From Eledone cirrhosa (Eukaryota): a DNA stretch of 64,000 bases. A program made the translations under genes and the position numbers. Below, in pieces: positions 1 to 12,984 of this stretch. The notes beneath the pieces were generated by a model. That model was not told the origin of the DNA. It was given only the letters and a program-made list of their open reading frames with translations, and made no database searches. The stretch spans positions 6,820,001 to 6,884,000 of the forward strand of contig OZ024759.1 of the NCBI GenBank assembly GCA_964016885.1. Direction: 5' to 3'. The first letter of the stretch is position 1. The number at the start of each line of letters is the position of its first letter.

Positions 1-1436
1 ACACACACAGACCCACACACACACACAGACACACACAGACACACACACACACACACAGACACACACACAGACACAGACACACAGACACACACAGACACAC
101 AGACACACACACACACACACAGACACACACAGACCCACACACACACACAGACACACACAGACACACACACACACACACAGACACACACACAGACACAGAC
201 ACACAGACACACACAGACACACAGACACACACACACACACACAGACACACACAGACCCACACACACACACACAGACACACACAGACACACACACACACAC
301 AGACACACACACACACACAGACACACAGACACACACAGACACACAGACCCACACACACACACAGACACACACAGACACACACACACACACAGACACACAC
401 AGACCCACACACACACACAGACACACACAGACACACACACAGACACAGACCCCCACACACACACAGACACACACAGACCCACACACACACACAGACACAC
501 ACAGACACACACACACACACACACAGACACACAGACACACAGACACACAGACACACACACACACACAGACACACAGACACACACAGACACACAGACGCAC
601 ACAGACACACACACACAGACACACAGACACACACACAGACACAGACACACAGACACACACACAGACACAGACCCACACACACACACAGACACACACAGAC
701 ACACACAGACCCACACACACACACAGACACACACAGACCCACACACACACACAGACACACACACAGACACAGACCCACACACACACACAGACACACACAG
801 ACCCACACACACACACAGACACACACAGACACACACACACACAGACACACACACAGACACAGACACACAGACACACACACAGACACACACAGACCCACAC
901 ACACACACAGACACACACAGACACACACACACACAGACACACACACAGACACAGACACACAGACACACACAGACACACAGACCCACACACACACACAGAC
1001 ACACACAGACCCACACACACACACAGACACACACAGACACACACACACACACAGACACACACACAGACACAGACACACAGACACACACAGACACACAGAC
1101 ACACACAGACACACACACAGACACAGACACACAGACACACACAGACACACACACACACACAGACACACACACAGACACAGACACACAGACACACACAGAC
1201 ACACAGACACACACACACAGACACACACAGACACACACAGACACACACACACACACAGACCCACAGAGACACACAGACACACAGACACACACACACACAC
1301 AGACACACACAGACAGACACACAGACACACACAGACACACAGACACACACAGACACACACAGACACACACAGACACACAGACACACAGAGACACACACAG
1401 ACACACACAGACACACAGACACACATACACACACGT
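1..1436. repeat. (CA)n/(CACAGA)n compound microsatellite
   Basis: Continuous acacacagac-type sequence. Confidence 0.97.
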
Positions 1437-1510
1437 CATGCAGACTATAATACAAGTCTTTTGCACTCAGTGTCCACAATTCATTGCACGCCCCCCCTTT
1501 CCCTGTCTCT

Positions 1511-2940
1511 CTGTCTCACTCACACTCACACACTCTCTCACTCACACTCACACACTCTCTCTCTCACACACCCTCTCACTCACACTCACACACTCTCTCT
1601 CTCACACACTCTCTCACTCACACTCACACACTCTCTCTCTCACACACTCTCTCACTCACACTCACACACTCTCTCTCTCACACACTCTCTCACTCACACT
1701 CACACACTCTCTCTCTCACACACTCTCTCACTCACACTCACACACTCTCTCTCTCTCTCACACACTCTCTCACTCACATTCACACACTCTCTCTCTCACA
1801 CACTCTCTCACTCACATTCACACACTCTCTCTCTCACACACTCTCTCACTCACAATCACACACTCTCTCTCACACACTCTCTCTCTCACACACTCTCTCA
1901 CTCACACTCACACACTCTCTCTCTCACACACTCTCTCACTCACACTCACACACTCTCTCTCTCTCACACACTCTCTCACTCACATTCACACACTCTCTCT
2001 CTCACACACTCTCTCACTCACACTCACACACTCTCTCTCTCACACACTCTCTCACTCACAATCACACACTCTCTCTCACACACTCTCTCACTCACACTCA
2101 CACACTCTCTCTCTCACACACTCTCTCACTCACACTCACACACTCTCTCTCTCACACACTCTCTCACTCACACTCACACACTCTCTCTCTCACACACTCT
2201 CTCACTCACACTCACACACTCTCTCTCTCACACACTCTCTCACTCACACTCACACACTCTCTCTCTCATACACTCTCTCACTCACACTCACACACTCTCT
2301 CTCTCACAGACTCTCTCACTCACACTCACACACTCTCTCACTCACACACTCTCTCACTCACACTCACACACTCTCTCTCACACACTCTCTCACTCACATT
2401 CACACACTCTCTCTCTCACACACTCTCTCACTCACATTCACACACTCTCTCTCTCACACACTCTCTCACTCACTCTCACACACTCTCTCTCTCACACACT
2501 CTCTCACTCACACTCACACACTCTCTCTCTCACACACTCTCTCACTCACACTCACACACTCTCTCTCTCACACACTCTCTCACTTACACTCACACACTCT
2601 CTCTCTCACACACTCTCTCACTCACACTCACACACTCTCTCTCTCTCACACTCTCTCTCTCACACACTCTCTCACTCACACTCACACACTCTCTCTCTCA
2701 CACACTCTCTCACTCACACTCACACACTCTCTCTCTCACACACTCTCTCACTCACACTCACACACTCTCTCTCTCACACACTCTCTCACTCACATTCACA
2801 CACTCTCTCTCTCACACACTCTCTCACTCACACTCACACACTCTCTCTCTCTCTCTCACACTCTCTCACTCACACTCACACACTCTCTCTCTCTCTCACA
2901 CTCTCTCACTCACACTCACACACTCTCTCTCACACACTCA
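1511..2940. repeat. CT/CA minisatellite, ~38-bp unit (cactctctctctcacacactctctcactcacactcaca)
   Basis: Tandem units are directly visible. They explain the three spurious HTLS-rich ORFs. Confidence 0.93.
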
Positions 2941-3097
2941 CGTACACACTTGCATACATAGACGTAATCAAACAAACATGCCCTCTCAATCGTTCTTACA
3001 CACTTGCACATATATACATACACACACACACACACATATATATGTATATACATGTATATATATGTGTGTGTGTATATATACACACATTTATATATAC

Positions 3098-3190
<93 letters not shown>

Positions 3191-3212
3191 ATACTTTGGG
3201 AGGGTCATGTTG

Positions 3213-3243
<31 letters not shown>

Positions 3244-3246
<3 letters not shown>

Positions 3247-3549
3247 AAAGTTTTATTTAAAATTGTTGGGTTACAACGAGTAAATATTTTATAACTGATA
3301 TAAAGCACTCAACAAGTTTTGGAGTAGATATACGATATTAAACAAATGGAAACTATATTTATAAAACCATATTTATTTCATTATACATATTTCAGGGATA
3401 CCATATTAAAAATATGGCATGCCTTCTTCAGATAAAATACATGTATTTTATCTGAAGAAGGCATGCCATATCTTTAATATGGTATCCCTGAAATATGTAT
3501 AATGAAATAAATATGGTTTTATAAATATAGTTTCCATTTGTTTAATATC

Positions 3550-3555
<6 letters not shown>
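3244..3555. mobile_element. Fold-back PLE pLTR insert: palindrome 3328..3555 plus ~85-bp left tail
   Basis: Near-perfect palindrome centred at 3441/3442 (aaaatac-a|t-gtatttt), flanked by (TA)n. Related sequence occurs at 30560..30740, 4990..5160, 52095..52340 and 62540..62720. Confidence 0.8.
3446..3507 (+). ncRNA. Minimal type I hammerhead ribozyme
   Basis: ttttat-CTGAAGA-agg...cct-GAAA-tatgta-TA-atgaaa; mirror copy on the - strand in the left arm. Confidence 0.7.
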
Positions 3556-3616
<61 letters not shown>

Positions 3617-4237
3617 AATGAAAGGTGACGTCAGAATGTGACGTCAGAATGAGACGAATGTTTGTTTACAAGAAACAACAGTCAAAAACATTCCGAAAAA
3701 TCTCTACAATGAGGAGTTCAGCAAAAAGCAATATTATAGCGGGTTTTTTTAATAAAAAATACCGGGATTAGTCACAAATAATTTAAGCACTCTAGGAAAG
3801 AAATCCGAGTATAAATATATAAATGAAAGGTATAGAAAACATTGTAGCAAAAAGCCAACAGTATTCCATAATATATAAGTGACTATAGCGTCAAAATGGG
3901 AAAAATAGTTAACGTAAGATGAGGGAAAAATAATTCAAACTCAACTCAAAGAGAATCAGGATATAGATTCATCCACAGAATTTAGTGAAATCAAGGAAAA
4001 AACTCAAGATAAAATAAAGTTTAAAATACTCATCCTTCAATTTGGAAAAAACTTCAAATGCTCTGTATAGTCTTAAAGACTATTTCATACACACACACAC
4101 ACATAACATAACAGATTAAAGTTTAAGCAAAGAATCGCTGCTTTCACCCTTAACGGGATCTTCTGAAACTAACAAAGTCAATCTGTAAACGCAGAAGTGA
4201 ATATTTCAAAAATAGATATTCTTGTGATCAAGTGTAT

Positions 4238-4298
4238 TTTATTATACATATTTCAGAGGTACTGAGTTAACTTCAACAGTACGTCCTCATCAGATAAA
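4238..4298 (-). ncRNA. Minimal type I hammerhead ribozyme
   Basis: Reverse complement reads tttat-CTGATGA-ggacgtactg...cagtacctct-GAAA-tatgta-TA-ataaa. Confidence 0.75.
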
Positions 4299-4604
4299 TT
4301 AGATGATGCATGACATACCCTGACATAGTAGATGGTTAAGATTCAGTCATGGTAGTGAGTAATATATGACAAACTCAATATTTATATACCTTAATATTGA
4401 GAAACATGAGAAAAATATATAATACATACAATAGAGAGGGTGCGTGTGAGACAGCTTAAAAAATACTTCCGTCTCATTCTGACGTCACCAGCCATGTTTC
4501 TCCATGTGTGTTTATTTTCATAATTCCACACGAGGTGAACTAGCCTGCTTTTAAATTCCCTTTCTGACATATTTTGGCAGTGGTTCTTTTGGTTATCGTG
4601 TTGA

Positions 4605-4685
4605 GCTCTACTGATGAACGACTCAAACCGTGACTAACCCTACTGAAAAGTTTCGTGAAATAGTCTTTTTAAGACTATATAGAGC
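4605..4685 (+). ncRNA. Type I hammerhead ribozyme with full helix III
   Basis: gctcta-CTGATGA-acga...tcgt-GAAA-tagtctt(ttt)aagacta-TA-tagagc; all three helices pair. Confidence 0.85.
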
Positions 4686-4932
4686 AGTTGTAGTTTTTCA
4701 AAATTGAAGGATGAGTAATTAAACTTTATTTTATTCTGAGGTAAGGCTCTATTGGTTTTTTCCCTGGATTTCACAAAATCTGTGGATAAAATCTCTGTCT
4801 TGATTTTTTAAAAATTAAGTTTGAATTATTTTCCCACATCTTACGTTAAATATTTTCCATTTTGACGTTATAGTCACTTATATATTATGAAATACTGTTG
4901 GCTTCTTGCTCACATTAATTTCTCTATTTTCA

Positions 4933-4986
<54 letters not shown>

Positions 4987-5028
4987 TATATTAAATAAAT
5001 GTAAACTATATTTATAAAACCATATTTA

Positions 5029-5089
5029 TTTTATTATATATATTTCAAGGGCAACCAAGACAACATTAGTACGCTTTCATCAGATAAAA
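5029..5089 (-). ncRNA. Minimal type I hammerhead ribozyme
   Basis: Reverse complement reads ttttat-CTGATGA-aagcgtac...ccctt-GAAA-tatata-TA-ataaaa. Confidence 0.7.
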
Positions 5090-5157
5090 TACAAAGTTTG
5101 TTTTATAAATAGAGACGTACCCATGAAAATCATACCTTATCGGTTGGAAATTCACTG

Positions 5158-5203
<46 letters not shown>

Positions 5204-5320
5204 CATATGAGGGCGATGAATTTGTTTAGCGAGGTTTTTGGTATGAAATCGTGTGTCAAAACAAATATTGTTATACTTGGGAGGGTCAGAATAAATAACA
5301 GAACACACTCACTGTTTATA

Positions 5321-5453
<133 letters not shown>

Positions 5454-5689
5454 GGTGTGTGTAAAAGATAAACAGAAATAACAACACAATCGGTACAGTA
5501 TATGGAGGGTATATATTAGGTTAACGCTTGAAATTGCAGGAAGAGGGTCTTAACGTTTCGGACGCTACTCCTTCATCATAAGAAAGAATGAGAAATAAAA
5601 TAGATTGGAGGGGACGGGCGGGATGGAATTGGAAAAAATGTTAGATAAAAATAATAGGTCCATTCATATATATATATATACATACACAC

Positions 5690-5769
<80 letters not shown>

Positions 5770-5989
5770 ATACTTGGGGAGGGTCATATTGTGTAATATT
5801 GCCAGAATTAATAACAGAACACACTCACTGTTTGGTTTTCGCTTTTCGTTTCTGTGTCTTTTATATCGGTTAATTTAATTTATTCGGTCCTCAATGTTGC
5901 CATTGACTGACCAACGGTCAAAAATACAGATACAATATAGACACAAACACATATATATAGTTTATCAAAGTTCTTTCGTTGCACATCTG

Positions 5990-8152
5990 GTAAATAAAGA
6001 ACCGAACTTCTCAGGGGGTATTTCCTTATATGGGAAGATAGTAATTGTCAAGAGGATTGGTCAAATATTTGTTGTAAAGACTGATAAATCTATCATGGCA
6101 TTTGGTGGGAGGTAGGGGTGGCTGAACTTGCCAGTAGAACAAAGAGGGTGTGGGGGAAACCCAGTCAAGCGTTGAAAGTGAAATCTATACAGCAGATTCT
6201 AAGGATAGTGTATAAAAGGTTGAAAAAAGTGTACTGGGGAAGAGGAGGGGGAGGGAGTTGAAAGAATAGGTAAATCGAAAGGGAGTAAAAAAAAATCCAT
6301 TATAAAAATAAGGAAATAAATATATAAAAACAATTTCTGGTTACTACTCCATTTCTACAATCACCAAATTTCTCATTGGCATTGCTAAGCTATAGAAAAG
6401 TTTAATAGGGAAAAATACTAAATACGAGATTGTAGTGAAAGAATTTTATAAAGCCGGCTTTACAGGGGTCTAACACCGCTGCTATAGATAGTTAGTAATC
6501 AGCCAATGCTATCTTACAATCACAGGTTAATAAGTTGAGAACAAAAATACTAAAATACTAATACAAAAAATTAATACAAAAATACTAATACCAAAATACC
6601 ACTAAGAAATTTAGAAACCATAGAAATAGAGCAGCAACCAGAAAGAAAAAAAATTACTGGGGTCTAACACATCTGCTATAAAAAGCGTAATGGGCCAATT
6701 CTATCTTAAAGGAGGGGGTACTGAGGCTACAGAGGACCGATGGGCTGCATCGGGGTAGGCGAAAGGTGAAAAAAAGACGAGGAAGGAGATCTGGGGTGAA
6801 AGGACTAGGAAGAGATGGAGGGAAGAAGGAATCATAGAGGAAAAGATAAAAAAGTTACGTCTACCTTTGTAAGCAGGGGTTATCCCTTACAAAATCGGCA
6901 AGTGGTGGTATCAGCCCTTGTCTCCCCCCCCCCGGGTCATTATGGGGTTTGAGGGCGAGGTAAGTCCTACGGAATCTGTGTTTGCATGCGGTTACCAGGT
7001 CTTCTTTTTTGTTTAGGAGTTGGTCCTTCGAAAACAGCATTTGTAATGTTTCCTCCGAGCATAAGTTACGCGGACAGCGTCCTCCCGTGTAAGAGTTAGC
7101 TCTGGACAGTAAGCTCCAAGTGAGATTGTAGGTTATATTATTATCTTTGAGTTCCCAGATGTGGCCCGAAAGTGTAGTGGCATGTCGCCGGGCCAGGTTT
7201 CGGAAAGTATTTCGGTGTTGGTAGAGTCGGGTCTTGAAGTCACAAGCGGTTAATCCTATCTAAGCTTTGTTGGAGGTATCCGTCCTCACGTTGCACTGGT
7301 AGATCACATTACGATCTCGGCATCTGTTGTTGAGGGGGCATATGGATCTATCAGGACAGTTACACCTCCTGGTCGGCTCTCCATTGGTGTCTAGGTTATT
7401 TCTTCCATAGGGGTTGAGTTTTTTGTTGTTAGAGGAGACGATGTTTTGTGCGAAGTTAGGTGTGGTGCTGTAGGAGAGTTTGGTGGTGGTTTGTTGATTA
7501 TGTTGTGGTAGCGGTGTTGTAGTGGGAAGTGTTTTTCGAGGAGCCTAAAGAAGATTTTCCCGATAGGTGTTGCCACCTCAGCATTATGGGGAGGATTGAA
7601 CCACGTTACGTTGCGTGAGCGGCGGTGTCGCCTGCTGGTTCTGCTAAGGGAAGCTGGATAATAGGATATTTCCTCCCGGAAGCCACTCCGCTTGAGGGTC
7701 TGGTTGTAGAAATGGAGTAGTAACCAGAAATTGTTTTTATATATTTATTTCCTTATGTTTATAATGGGTTTTTTTACTCCCTTTCGATTTACCTATTCTT
7801 TCAACTCCCTCCCCCTCCTCTTTTCCAGTACACTTTTTTCGACCTTTTATACACTATCATTAGAATCTGCTGGATAGATTTCACTTTCAGCGCTTGACTG
7901 GGTTTCCCCCACTCCCTTTTGTTCTACCGGCAAGTTCAGTCACCCCTACCTCCCACCAAATGCCATGATAGATTTATCTGTCTTTACAACTAATTTTTGA
8001 CCAATCCCCTTGACAATTACTATCTTCCCATATAAGGAAATACCCCCTGAGAAGTTCGGCTATATATTTACCAGGCTAAAAATTCTTATTTAGTCCAGAA
8101 ATAGCCGTGTAAATAGCTTGAGCTCTGCCGTCGGGGTCATATTTGTTCCTAT
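5990..8152 (-). mobile_element. 5'-truncated Naiad-type PLE with inverted 3' segment
   Basis: Degenerate GIY-YIG on the - strand at ~6940..7710, same family as 59704..60170. 7711..8075 is the reverse complement of 5990..6355. It ends at the family terminus gtcggggtc...gttcct(ata). Confidence 0.85.
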
Positions 8153-8190
8153 ATGCATATATATATGTGTGTATATATATATGTATATAT

Positions 8191-8760
8191 GCACCTGTCC
8201 CATGGTCGGGTCGTTGGCGACTAAACTGGCAACCCCACCAAGGTTTCTTGGTGAGGAGGGTGACTTTGGACATCCTGCAGGACTAAAAACAAAACCTGTC
8301 AAAAAGCAAAGGAGCTCTTAAGAGTCAATGGCCAGCCAAAATCACCGGGGGAGATGACCCCTTATCCTTTGTCAACGCAGAACTCTAGGAGAAGGAAAAC
8401 TCTGATATAACACCTGCAACCCTGATGGTATCCAATGATGTTGACTTGTTCTTCTTTTTGGTAAATATCATCTTGGTTAAGAGAGCGGGACTTGCTTTGT
8501 ACAGTGCCTTTGCTCACTATAAAAGCTTCACGGCACAAGCATTGCTTTATATCTGGAGATCTCTCTGCACTTGTCGTCACATGGTACCATGGGCCCAGCA
8601 CTATGTGTCAATAATTGTCACAAGTGTAGTGTTTGTACCAGAGATTTCAAGTCGCTGGCTGGACTAAAAAGTCACACTCGTTCAGCGCATCGGTAGGGGT
8701 TCTCCTACGTGGATATAAAGTAGTGGCCGTACTCGAAAACGAGTTGGCAGCCACCATATA
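8191..8760 (+). mobile_element. Repeat resembling a LINE (RTE) 5' region, with candidate HDV-like ribozyme; second copy at 21570..21762 (-)
   Basis: catggtcgggtcgttggcgactaaactggcaaccccaccaag is shared with the reverse complement of 21570..21710. Confidence 0.5.
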
Positions 8761-8808
8761 CGCATCTATATATGTGTATATATATATATATGTGTGTGTG
8801 TATATATG

Positions 8809-8851
<43 letters not shown>

Positions 8852-8902
8852 AGAAATGTAAAGAAATTAATTAGCCTCGGAGAAATGGAAAACGATGAGT
8901 AT

Positions 8903-8974
8903 TGACGTACATGGGAGTCGAACCCACATCTTTGGTTATCCGGACTACTGTGATGCCATTTACACCAACACATC
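8903..8974 (-). tRNA. tRNA-like sequence (inverted copy; SINE head or pseudo-tRNA)
   Basis: Reverse complement of 9047..9118 with a few substitutions. Confidence 0.5.
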
Positions 8975-9046
8975 ACCCGTCTTTATCCATTCAAATTAGA
9001 AGCTATAAACTTAGCGACTGTAATGTCAAATAAGAAAAAGACGGGT

Positions 9047-9118
9047 GATGTGTTGGTGTAAATGGTAGCACAGTGGTCCGGATAACCAAAGATGTGGGTT
9101 CGACTCCCATGTACGTCA
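9047..9118 (+). tRNA. 72-nt tRNA-like cloverleaf (probable SINE head or pseudo-tRNA)
   Basis: Acceptor stem gatgtgt/gtacgtc, D arm gtgt/gcac, anticodon arm tggt-ccggata-acca, T arm gtggg-ttcgact-cccat. C33 is non-canonical. Confidence 0.6.
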
Positions 9119-9314
9119 ATACTCATCTTTTTCCATTTCTCCGAGGGTTCTTAACCCCACTATCAGGCTAAATAATTTCTTTAATTTCTTTAGTCAAAAT
9201 AAGGCGATAGCTTACATTTCTAATAATTTCAAACCCACTCGCTGCTTCGAAAATATTCTTACTTAATATATATATATATATATATATAAATATATAAGTA
9301 TATATATATATATG

Positions 9315-11552
9315 GGATAACAAGTTATCGTTATGGGTAATCCAGTAAGAGGTTGTGAGTACTCTGCGTCGTGGATAGTTTTAACGTACGGCTTTGTTTG
9401 ACTCAACAAGATGTTTCCATAGTTAGGCAGCGAGTTCGCGAGAATTTCTATGCAGGTTATTCTTGGAGTAATAATAGTGAAAGAATGAAGAGTAACATGG
9501 TCGGCTGTACAAAAAGGGGCTTTATTTCAAGTATTAACAATTGTTTCATTGATCAGGTGAATCTAGAGGCCGTTAATCACTCGAAGTTGTGTAACTCGAC
9601 CTTAAATACAGTGTTTACCTCTGATCAAATCATCGGAATACTGGAGAATTTTACATATGGCATTGGTATTTATAGATACAACGAAGAATCAAAACAATAA
9701 CATCAACAATAAAAGATAATGATAAGGAGGTAAAGAAGATAGAGTGAAGAAGTTACAGATGTAAAAAATAAGTTTAAAAAATGATAGGTACAGAATACGA
9801 TTGCTGATAATAGTGGTGGTAGTGAGTAAGTGTATGTGTAAAGATGTGGTGAGGGTGGAGATAATACTAATGAAAAGCAACATTAAATACATACATACGT
9901 GGTGGTCAATTCTCAGAGGGTTAGAGAAGAAAATAAAAAGTAGTAACAAATAACAGATAAAAGATAAAAAATAATAAATTAAAAATTAAGTGAGAGATAC
10001 GAGGATGAGACATAAGGGGTAGGGCTAAGGGCGGGGAAGGAGGATTTGTATGTGTGTAGGGTAAATGTTTAGCATGCTGATTGTCTTATCTTAATGGGGT
10101 TGATGTGGCTTTAAGGAGAGAGAGAGTGAAAGAAATGTTAGGAGATTTATGATGTTGATTTAGTGACCAGTTGGTCAGTTGACAGCTAATAACAGTGGGG
10201 TGGTATGTAGTCAGTACATTGAAATCCGGGTGGTTTAGTTCGAATTTTGAGATTGCTGGATCGAATCATGTTGGTTTGAAGTTAGAGAACTTGGTAGCTG
10301 CTTTGTGCCTACAGAACATTCTATTTTGCTGTTAAGCAGCACCTTATCATACTTTAAAATATGGAACAGCTCCATATTGCAAAGTCCGCAGTGGGACATT
10401 CCATTGTTCTAGGCCCTTGCTCCCGATAATTTCGACCAGCTAATTCCATATTCTTGGTTTGTGTCCTTAAGCTGCCAGATTTTATTGGCCAGCGTTGTTG
10501 AGTTCTCTATAGAATGTCTGAACTTACTTCAGGTTAGATGGTCACCATTTTAGAAGGCTGCGTTGTTTTACGATTTAGAGGGGAGTTCGTTTCCCTAGCT
10601 TGGCTGCTAGGACATCTCTTCTATTTGTTGTTAGGTAAATAATTAAGCAAAAAGAACATACCTCGAGATTATATGTACTTGAACATTTTAATCAGAGCAA
10701 TAAACAAAACAGGTTATCATATCAGTTACACCTTGATTGGTAATTCGTAATTATCATTTCGTGGCCGTGTTCAAATATCCCGTGACCGCATGGTGCGATA
10801 TCGCTGTTTCGCCACAGTGAAATGTGTCTGTTCGCATCAACACACAAAGTCGGAAGGAGTGTATTCAGCTACTGACGTCAGAACTAAGGGCAGTTAATCG
10901 ACTGCCTCCAAAGTCAAAGCTAGGTGGCGTGATCTTCTACAGTACCATCCTTTTTTTAACTCCCCAGCCGTGGAACCTATGTAGTGCCATGCTAAGTTGC
11001 CCGAATTTATAGTACACGGGTACACCATACTTGACTCCAAGCATCTATTTTGTAGTGCGCACTTATCCGATAGGTGGCAGTTACAGTTGGAGGCCTTCCT
11101 GTGTGCAGGTTCTCCGTTGTGTTTTGTATGTTGCTATGGGTGGGTTGAGATTTAGGTTTGTTGATGTTTTGTTGTGATGCGCCCTGATGTGTGTGTGGTT
11201 GTGACGTCGTTATGTGTTTGCGCTTTGTAGTTGGTGCTATGGTGTTTGTTGGTAGGTTATTTTCCTTAGAGAGTCTTTTATAGTTGATTTTATGTATGTT
11301 CTTTATCATTATCTTTTATTATTGATGTTATTGTTTTGATTCTCCGTTGTATCTATAAATACCAATGCCATATGTAAAATTCTCCAGTATTCCGATGATT
11401 TGATCAGAGGTAAACACTGTATTTAAGGTCGAGTGACACAACTTTAAGTGATTAACGGCCTTTAGACTCACCTGATCAATGAAACAATTGTTAATACTTG
11501 AAATAAAGCCCCTTGTTGTACAGCCGACCATGTTACTCTTCAATCTTTCACT
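9315..11552 (-). mobile_element. Degenerate Naiad-type PLE with inverted terminal segments (9477..9720 / 11305..11552)
   Basis: The - strand translates to ...CALQNRCLESSMVYPC...HYIGSTAGELKKR... and STTLA...WQLKD...CGLCNME (GIY-YIG). There is a ~160-bp tail on the left arm only. Confidence 0.75.
11386..11498 (+). ncRNA. Hammerhead-like motif with variant CCGAUGA core (mirror at ~9530..9642, -)
   Basis: agtatt-CCGATGA-tttgatcag...ctgatcaat-GAAA-caattg-TT-aatact. Confidence 0.6.
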
Positions 11553-11715
11553 ATATATGTATATATATGTATATATATATATGTGTGTATATATGCAAAT
11601 ATATATGTATATATATATATGTGTATGTATGCATATATATATGCATATATACACATATATATATATATGCATATATACACGTATATATATATATATATAT
11701 GCATATATATATATG

Positions 11716-11751
<36 letters not shown>

Positions 11752-12156
11752 TACCACCACCACAATCACCACCAGACCATTACAACACCACACCACCTCC
11801 ACCACTACCACCAACAACACCACTACCCCCCCCCCCCCCCCACCACCAACACACCACCACCACCACTACCACCACCACCACCAACACACCACCACCACCA
11901 CTACCACCACCGGCATCACCCCCCACCCCCACCCACCCACCACCACAGAATCTATGAGATGTCCCAGAAAGTCATGTTACCGGAAGTTGGTGCTTGGATG
12001 GTCTTATAGAATAGGAAGTACATACTTGATAGATGTGAGAATTACTGGAGATTTGGAGGTGATTAACAATATATATATATATACAGACAAGTAGACACGT
12101 ATGTATATACCTACATACATATATATATATACATATACAGACACGTATGTATATAG

Positions 12157-12200
<44 letters not shown>

Positions 12201-12485
12201 TACAGACACGTATGTATATAGATACACACATATATACATATATATATATATATACAGACACGTATGTGTATAGATACATACATACATATATATATATATA
12301 CATATACAGACACGTATGTATATAGATACATACATATATATATATATAACCAAATGTTTATATGGTTCGTTGATTACTCAACAAATTCAATTTTACAATA
12401 GATTAGAAGCACTCAACAGATTTGTAGTATTTAATATTATTCAAAATATTAATAAATGAAAAATATCATAACCAAAGTAGATATA

Positions 12486-12544
12486 TTTTATTATACATAT
12501 TTCAAAGGTACAATGGTGTTTCAGTACGTTTTCATCAGATGAAA
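12486..12544 (-). ncRNA. Minimal hammerhead ribozyme
   Basis: Reverse complement reads tttcat-CTGATGA-aaacgtac...gtaccttt-GAAA-tatgta-TA-ataaaa. Confidence 0.65.
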
Positions 12545-12693
12545 TATATAAGAGATTGGATATGCGACATACCGCTAAGGTACTTGAGTCTTCAATTCCT
12601 GTAGTGGTATATATATATATATATACATGTATGTATCTATATACATATGTGTCTGTATATCTATATATATATATGGTTATTGATTAGGCGATA

Positions 12694-12803
12694 CCCGCTG
12701 ATGAAGCCGCATAAGCCGATTGTGCATTGTTGCATAATATATGCAGACGGGTGGTGCAGTGCACCTTACTGCTGCATTAGTGCGGCAGAAACTCGAGTCC
12801 GGG
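12694..12803 (+). ncRNA. Type I hammerhead ribozyme, GUC site, long helix II
   Basis: cccg-CTGATGA-agccgca...tgcggca-GAAA-ctcgag-TC-cggg. Confidence 0.8.
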
Positions 12804-12948
12804 GACCTTATAGCACCCGTTTTACGTGTGTTGTATTGAAGCGAATAACTATGTGTATACTCTGGGAATGTATCTTACATTACCTATTGAGTACACTGAG
12901 ATACAACTGGTACTGGCATTGATAAATATGCTGGGTCCTTCAACTCCT

Positions 12949-12984
<36 letters not shown>

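Larger units (their letters stand above)
3616..4935. mobile_element. Diverged inverted pair of a hammerhead-bearing repeat (~3840..4088 vs ~4655..4930) with nested PLE pLTR fragments
   Basis: gtgactatagcgtcaaaatgg (3880) mirrors ccattttgacgttatagtcac (~4857). A Naiad pLTR piece lies at ~4105..4210. Confidence 0.6.

Noticed and set aside
1438-3283. 500-600-aa His/Thr/Leu/Ser ORFs
   Set aside because: Open in all three frames because the CT/CA repeat lacks stop codons.
5548-5584. Hammerhead-like motifs at 5548..5584 (-) and ~43132..43175 (-)
   Set aside because: Helices pair but the cores are mutated (atgatga, ttgataa); treated as decayed copies.
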